From Eledone cirrhosa (taxonomy: Eukaryota), in contig OZ024746.1 in NCBI GenBank assembly GCA_964016885.1, forward strand, positions 49,166,001 to 49,230,000: a DNA stretch of 64,000 nucleotides, written 5' to 3'. Under the pieces are notes generated by a model that was not told where the DNA came from, searched no databases, and saw only the letters and a program-made list of their open reading frames with translations. The position numbers were made by a program, and so were the translations under genes. This document shows, one piece after another, positions 57,650 to 64,000 of this stretch (its first letter is position 1; every line of letters starts with the position of its first letter).

Positions 57650-58014
57650 CACCCTACTTGCCGATTTTGTAATGGGTCACCCCTGCTTGCAAAGGTAGAC
57701 GTAAGATCTTTTATATCTTTTTATCGCTTCCTCTATATTTCCTTCTTCCCCCGATCCCTCCCTAGTCCTTCCACCCCAGTTCTCTTTCTTTGTCGTCGTC
57801 TATTTCTCGCCCACCCGAGACAGCCCCTCGGTCCTTTGTAGCCTCAGTACCCCCACCCCCTTCCCCTACTCTATGATAGATTTGGCCGACTCCACTTTTT
57901 ATAGCAGATGTGTTAGACCCCGGATACTTGCCCTCTTATCCGACCGCTGCCCCTTTTCCGTGCTTTCTATATTTCTTAGTGGTATCTTTGCTGTCATTTC
58001 TCGTATATCAGTAA

Positions 58015-58845
58015 TTATTTTGGGGGGGAGGGGGGGGGGATTCTGAATTAATTTTCCGTATCAAATTTTACATATACTTCGTACTAGCTTTTATGTAGCT
58101 TGCACTAGAACTTTTGTATCGTGGCGGCACCCTTAGAGATAGTATTAGTATTCTTTTTCGGGACTCTGAATTATTATTTCGTATTAGTTTACTTTTTTGC
58201 ACTGGGTGGTTGCTGGCCGTGTGCCTGGGGTAGAAACCTTTATTTATTATTTCGTGGTAGTTTCTTTAGTATTTTGGCCCCTCACTTGTTGACCCGTCAC
58301 CGTAAGATATACACGGTTTATTACTTATACCTCTTAAAAGGGTCTCATTATAATTCCGTCCCACCTAGTATATCTTTCTTTAGCCTAGCAGTACCAGTGA
58401 GAGACTTAGGTCGTAGTAACCAGAAATTGTTTATTTTTTTTTTTACATTTAATTGCTTTTTAACACTCGGTATTTTTCTATACATTTACCCCATATTGTT
58501 CTACTTATTGTTTCGACTTCCTCCCCCTCCCCTTCCCTCGTATCTTCTTTGACCTCACGCCCAGCTATAGTCAGCACTATCAACGCATGAATGGGTCTCC
58601 TCCACCCCCTCTCCCTCTTTCTCCTACTGGCAGGTTCAGCTACCCCTTCCCTCCACAAATTGCCATCATAGAATTATTATGTCCCAACAACAAACTTTTG
58701 ACCAATTCTTGTGACAATCACTTTTACCATATATGGAATTACCCCTTGAGAAGCTCGGCTATTCAAATACCAGGATAAAAATGTTCATTTAGTCCAGAAT
58801 TAGCCGTCGAAACGGCTTGAACTCAGCCGTCGTGGTCCTACTCGT

Positions 58846-58849
<4 letters not shown>
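58015..58849 (+). repeat. 3' pseudo-LTR of PLE-2
   Basis: Near-identical to 54481-55316 and abuts (TA)n. Confidence 0.9.
58741..58836 (+). ncRNA. Hammerhead (U3-A8 variant) in the 3' pseudo-LTR of PLE-2
   Basis: Same motif, with GAAA cggct..agccg TC gtggt (GUC triplet, one stem I mismatch). Confidence 0.6.
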
Positions 58850-58889
<40 letters not shown>

Positions 58890-59533
58890 TTCCCGTTAAG
58901 GGTGAAAGCTGTGATTCTTTGTTAACACTTTAATCTGTTATTTTAATAAATATATATATATATAGGAGTAGATAATAATACGGAACGGCTATTCCAAGTA
59001 TTAATAAATGATTCATTGGTATAGTGTGTCTAAAAACCGCTATCTGCAGCGTGTCGTGACAATCGATTTTAAGTACAGTTTACACGAACGAAACTCTCAA
59101 GAAGATCAGTGCTTGCAATTCTCGAAACCGAGATGCAACCATCGTATATCAGCAAGTTTATACCATTCCCCTATACACACACACATACATACACATATAT
59201 ATATATATATATATTATATATATACGCAAATATATGTAAGCATGTATCAACTAGAAATCGATTGACATATATATATATATATATAAAATAAACATATGAA
59301 GCAATCACGGAGGATAATTTCTAAAGAGTGCAAGCACACACAGCTAGGTAGGTAACTAATTAAAGTTTAACGAGAACTTCAAATTTAAAAATAATTAATC
59401 ACCTTTGTATATATTTCATTAAATAAAGAAATATATTTGTATTTATGTATGTATATATTTATGTATGTATATATTTATGTATGTATACATGCTCATATGT
59501 ATGCATGCATCTCTCTTACTCTCCCCCTCTATT

Positions 59534-59624
<91 letters not shown>

Positions 59625-59728
59625 AGTACATTTACCAACATATGTGTACAGATGTTCACCTATGCTAGCAAATATATATGTTATGTCTTAATACCTTTGT
59701 GGTTCTATGCAGGGGGATGCAGAACAAT

Positions 59729-60118
59729 TATATGAAAGACGTAAAATAAGAAAATTTTAAAAATTAAAAATCAACTTACTTACTAAAATTTTCACTGATT
59801 AACCTCAGTGAAACGTGATTGATTCTTTAGAATCTGCCACTGACCAGAGGCAGTGAATTTTTTCAGTGCTCCGGAATTTAGTCCTCGCTAGCTTTATTCC
59901 ATCCACTGAATTATTATTATTTGTATATGGGTTCCTAGTGTCCGCGCATCGCCTGGGAACTTAGCTGAGAATAGACTACCTGATGACGTAAGGAATTCTC
60001 TATAGTTATATTATGTAACTATATTCATCCCCTTACAGAAACTAATTAGTGAGTGAAAATTTTATAAGTAAGTTGATTTTTAATTTTTAAAATTTTCTTA
60101 TTTTACGTCTTTCATATA
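59729..60118. repeat. Inverted repeat (arms 59729-59796 and 60052-60118) with a hammerhead-like spacer
   Basis: The arms are reverse complements and the right end merges into (TA)n. Confidence 0.8.
59975..60055 (+). ncRNA. Degenerate hammerhead-like motif in a hairpin spacer
   Basis: actac CTGATGA c gtaagg...ccttac a GAAA ctaattag T gagt. The cleavage base and stem I are damaged. Confidence 0.45.
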
Positions 60119-60203
60119 TATATATATATATATAAAAACAAATAACGAAACAAAATTAAATTTCGTTTCGTTTGTAACTCACTTTTGTATGACTGACGCT
60201 TAA

Positions 60204-60861
<658 letters not shown>

Positions 60862-60863
60862 AA

Positions 60864-60897
<34 letters not shown>

Positions 60898-61178
60898 ATG
60901 GAGAGAGACGCATACATATGCGCCATACATACTTATAGGTGCAAGTGTATATGGCATTGATAAAGTAAGACGCAAAAGGAATTTTGCATCTTACTTTATC
61001 AACTGCTTTACAGTTTGCTTAGAGCTATAAAGTCCTACTTTATTGTTCGAAAACAACTTCAAATAACGTCGGAAAACATGAAAACATTCCATAATAAAGA
61101 AAAACCTAGAAGGTACAATAAAGAAAAAACTAGACGTACTACATATTTAATAATAAAGCCCCTAAATATTTGTATATG

Positions 61179-61239
<61 letters not shown>

Positions 61240-61580
61240 ATACTTTGGGAGGGTCATGTTGCCAATAAGAAACACAGGCACCAGTTGCTTTCACTTCAAT
61301 TTATTATAATAAATTTATAATAAATTTATAAATTTATAAATTTCTGGTTGGTTGGTTGGTTGGTTCCACAACCAGATAGTTGTTTATATATTGTCATAGT
61401 TCTTTCGTCACACACTCTGTGACCTCTTCAGTGACTGGGGATTCCTTTCTTTGTTCTGTCCTACGCCATTTTGTTTCTGTGTGTGTGTTGTGTGCTCAGT
61501 CTGCGCATCCCACAGTATAACAATATCGGTTTCAACACACGATTTCAGATAAAGAATCTTGCTAAACAAATTCAGAAACG

Positions 61581-61619
<39 letters not shown>

Positions 61620-61622
61620 TAT

Positions 61623-61745
<123 letters not shown>

Positions 61746-61754
61746 CGTGTGTGA

Positions 61755-61965
61755 TTTCTACTTTAGGCACAAGGCTCGAAATTTGGAGGGTAGCGAAAAT
61801 CAATTAAGTCGACCCCAGTGCGTGACTGGTTCTTTATTTTATCGAACCCGTAAGGATGAAACACAAAGCAGCTAACCTCGGAGGTATTTGAACTCAGAAA
61901 GTCAAGGGCCGTAACTCTAACCCACGAAGCATGTTGTCCGACGCTCTAGCGCTTCTGCTAATCTG
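61755..61965 (-). mobile_element. Same SINE family
   Basis: tttatcgaacccgtaaggatgaa...acctcggaggtatttgaactcaga. Confidence 0.75.
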
Positions 61966-61976
61966 TATAAGAATAA

Positions 61977-62017
<41 letters not shown>

Positions 62018-62022
<5 letters not shown>

Positions 62023-64000
62023 CAAAAACTAAGTCAGACATTCGAATACTACATTACAATGAAACTTATGCTTATTCATTTTTGGGGCCCTTTCTGCCCG
62101 TGTGTTTGTTTGTTTATGTGTGTCCGTATACAGCGTGGTGATAATGCCACACAAGGGCCAAGTGGGATGGCGGATCCACAGATGGCTATGTAAACATACA
62201 TTCGCCAATCCTCGATAAGAGTGTTTAAATATCGAACATAAACAGTTCGAATAACGGTGAAATGGAGACTAGAACGTCATGTGACAGACTCTCACCCAAC
62301 AGGTGCCCCCTGGCTCAGCAGCAGGAACCTGACTGTCAACCAAATACTGCTGATGTTGGAGGAAGAAGAAGAAGGAAAGGGGCCAGAACCAACTGGACGA
62401 AAGAATTGAATAGAACTGTTATGCAATGCTACCTGAAAAGTAACCCCAAGGAGAGGGGCTACAGGAGACGGATGCATAACATCTGGAACGAGATTGGTTT
62501 ATTTAAATTAGATGAACAAAAATTGGCCGGGCAGGCTCGGGTAATAAGAACTAATGGGTGGATAAGCGAGCTGGAACTGGAGGAACTGAGCAGAGAGAAT
62601 GGCTTGGAGATGGCGGGTGTAGTATGCCAGACAAGCGAGCCGGCGGGAAATGAAGGTGAGGAGGTCCTGAGAACGGAGGAACCACCCGAAGCAGACAATG
62701 ATCTGAATACTGAGATAAATAATACCTGGAACAGAGATACGGCCACTGAGGAGATGAATGCTGACGGGCTAGGACAAGATTCGGTTGACATCCTAAATTT
62801 AGTGGTAGATGAGTTGAACAATGATAGTGGGAGACCTATGAACCTAAGATTTGTAGACAGGAAAAAGTTAAAAGAAACAACAGCTAAGGTAAACAAAGTC
62901 ATCCCATACCTTGAGGCGAGGAGTCTTCACCAGTGCAACAATATCCTCAAAGCAACAGCAAATACGGTGAGGAAACTACTTGGTATAAAAGCGAGAGGAA
63001 ACAACAGACAAGAAAGAGCAGAGCCGTGGTGGAAGAAGCGACTGAGTGGGCAAATCGGGGAAATGAGAAATGACATAGGAAAGCTTGAGTCACTACTGAA
63101 TGGGACACTAAAAAACTTAGGCACTAAAAATAGACTGGAAATAAAATACAAAACTAGGAGTAAAAAGCTAAATATTATCATAGAGGAATTGAAGCAACGC
63201 ATTGTAGCAAAGAGTGCCAAAATCAGGCGATACGAGAACAGAGTCAGTCAGTATAAACAGAACCGCATGTTCGACAACAACCAGAAGATGCTGTTTGGAC
63301 AGCTTGAGGGGAAAGAAAGAGGCAACGACTTGATCCCTGGGGCGGAACAAGCTAAAACATTCTGGAGAGGAATATGGGAGCAGGATGTTAGACACAATGC
63401 CCAGGCAGGGTGGATTGAGACAGTACAGAGGGAGATCGGTGAGCAGGCACAACAACAGACTGATTTGAGTATCACAGTTGAAACTCTTAAGGAGCAAGCC
63501 AAAAAACTAACCAATTGGAAATCACCAAGCCCAGATGGTGTGCAGGGGTATTGGATTAAACATTTAACATCCCTCCACCCGAAGCTGACGGCCATGTTCA
63601 ATGACTGCTTGGTGTCGGGTGAGGTGCCAGAGTGGTTGACAAAAGGTACCACAGTTCTGATAATGAAAGACCGAATCAAGGGTAATGATGTTACCAACTA
63701 TAGACCTATCACATGTCTGCCCGTAATGTGGAAACTGTTGACGAGCATTGTGTCTGAGTAAATCTACCATCACCTCCACACAAACAACTTGTTGCCGGAC
63801 GAACAGAAAGGATGCCGAAAGAAGTCACGTGGTACAAAGGACCAGTTGCTTATTGATAAGATGGTAATGGGGAATTGCAGGAGAAGACACACTGATCTTG
63901 CCATGGGATGGATAGACTACAGAAAGGCATTTGACATGGTGCCTCATTCCTGGATCACCAAAAGCCTGGAGATCTTCAGGGTGGCAGATAACATCAGACA
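62018..64000 (+). mobile_element. R4/Dong-clade (RLE-type) non-LTR retrotransposon, 5' part, running off the window
   Basis: The N-terminal WTKELN..MQCY..GYRRRM..W..EQKLAGQ block is typical of R4/Dong. RT motifs WKSPSPDG, YRPITCL, EQKGC, DQLLID and [13 protein letters not shown] follow. It starts right after (TAA)n at 61975-62017. Confidence 0.85.
62262..64000 (+). pseudogene. R4/Dong-like ORF with a premature TAA at 63759-63761
   Basis: RT motifs continue in the same frame after the stop. Confidence 0.85.

Larger units (their letters stand above)
54481..58849 (+). mobile_element. Penelope-like element PLE-2 with direct pseudo-LTRs, 3' end at (TA)n; resembles the Hydra clade
   Basis: An RT + GIY-YIG ORF is flanked by near-identical ~0.8-kb direct repeats that each carry a hammerhead. 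It has a CxCX5CX5C linker and a C-terminal CxxC (CNLC). The clade assignment is from recalled motifs. Confidence 0.92.

Noticed and set aside
54587-58778. Duplicated hydrophobic ORFs (MAAPLEIV...)
   Set aside because: They lie in T-rich pseudo-LTRs, start at GTG, and differ by a frameshift between copies.

Overview
AT-rich, microsatellite-dense animal genomic DNA. The SINE families look cephalopod, probably Octopus; this is my inference from recalled consensus sequences. I found no convincing host gene, and the window is almost entirely retroelements sorted by microsatellite type. (1) Five copies of an L1/Tx1-type LINE (APE + RT, CCHC ORF1) all have both ends in (GATA)n/(TATC)n, and four of them are head-to-tail. 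In all three copies that keep the ORF1/ORF2 junction, ORF2 is bracketed by a 5' splice donor at the ORF1 stop and a 3' acceptor at the ORF2 stop. Splicing would rebuild an immediate ORF1 stop in every case, including a compensating 1-nt phase shift in one subfamily. This suggests a LINE whose whole ORF2 is an intron. (2) Two Penelope-like elements (RT + C-terminal GIY-YIG) are present, one with ~0.8-kb pseudo-LTRs. About ten (TA)n-associated long hairpins or islands carry minimal hammerhead ribozymes, including U3-A8 core variants. At least six hairpins fold back at the ribozyme's stem II. (3) Also present: an R4/Dong-type element after (TAA)n, RTE 3' ends with (GAA)n tails, tRNA-derived SINEs and degraded DNA-transposon remnants. 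All structures were read by eye; nothing was computed or searched.
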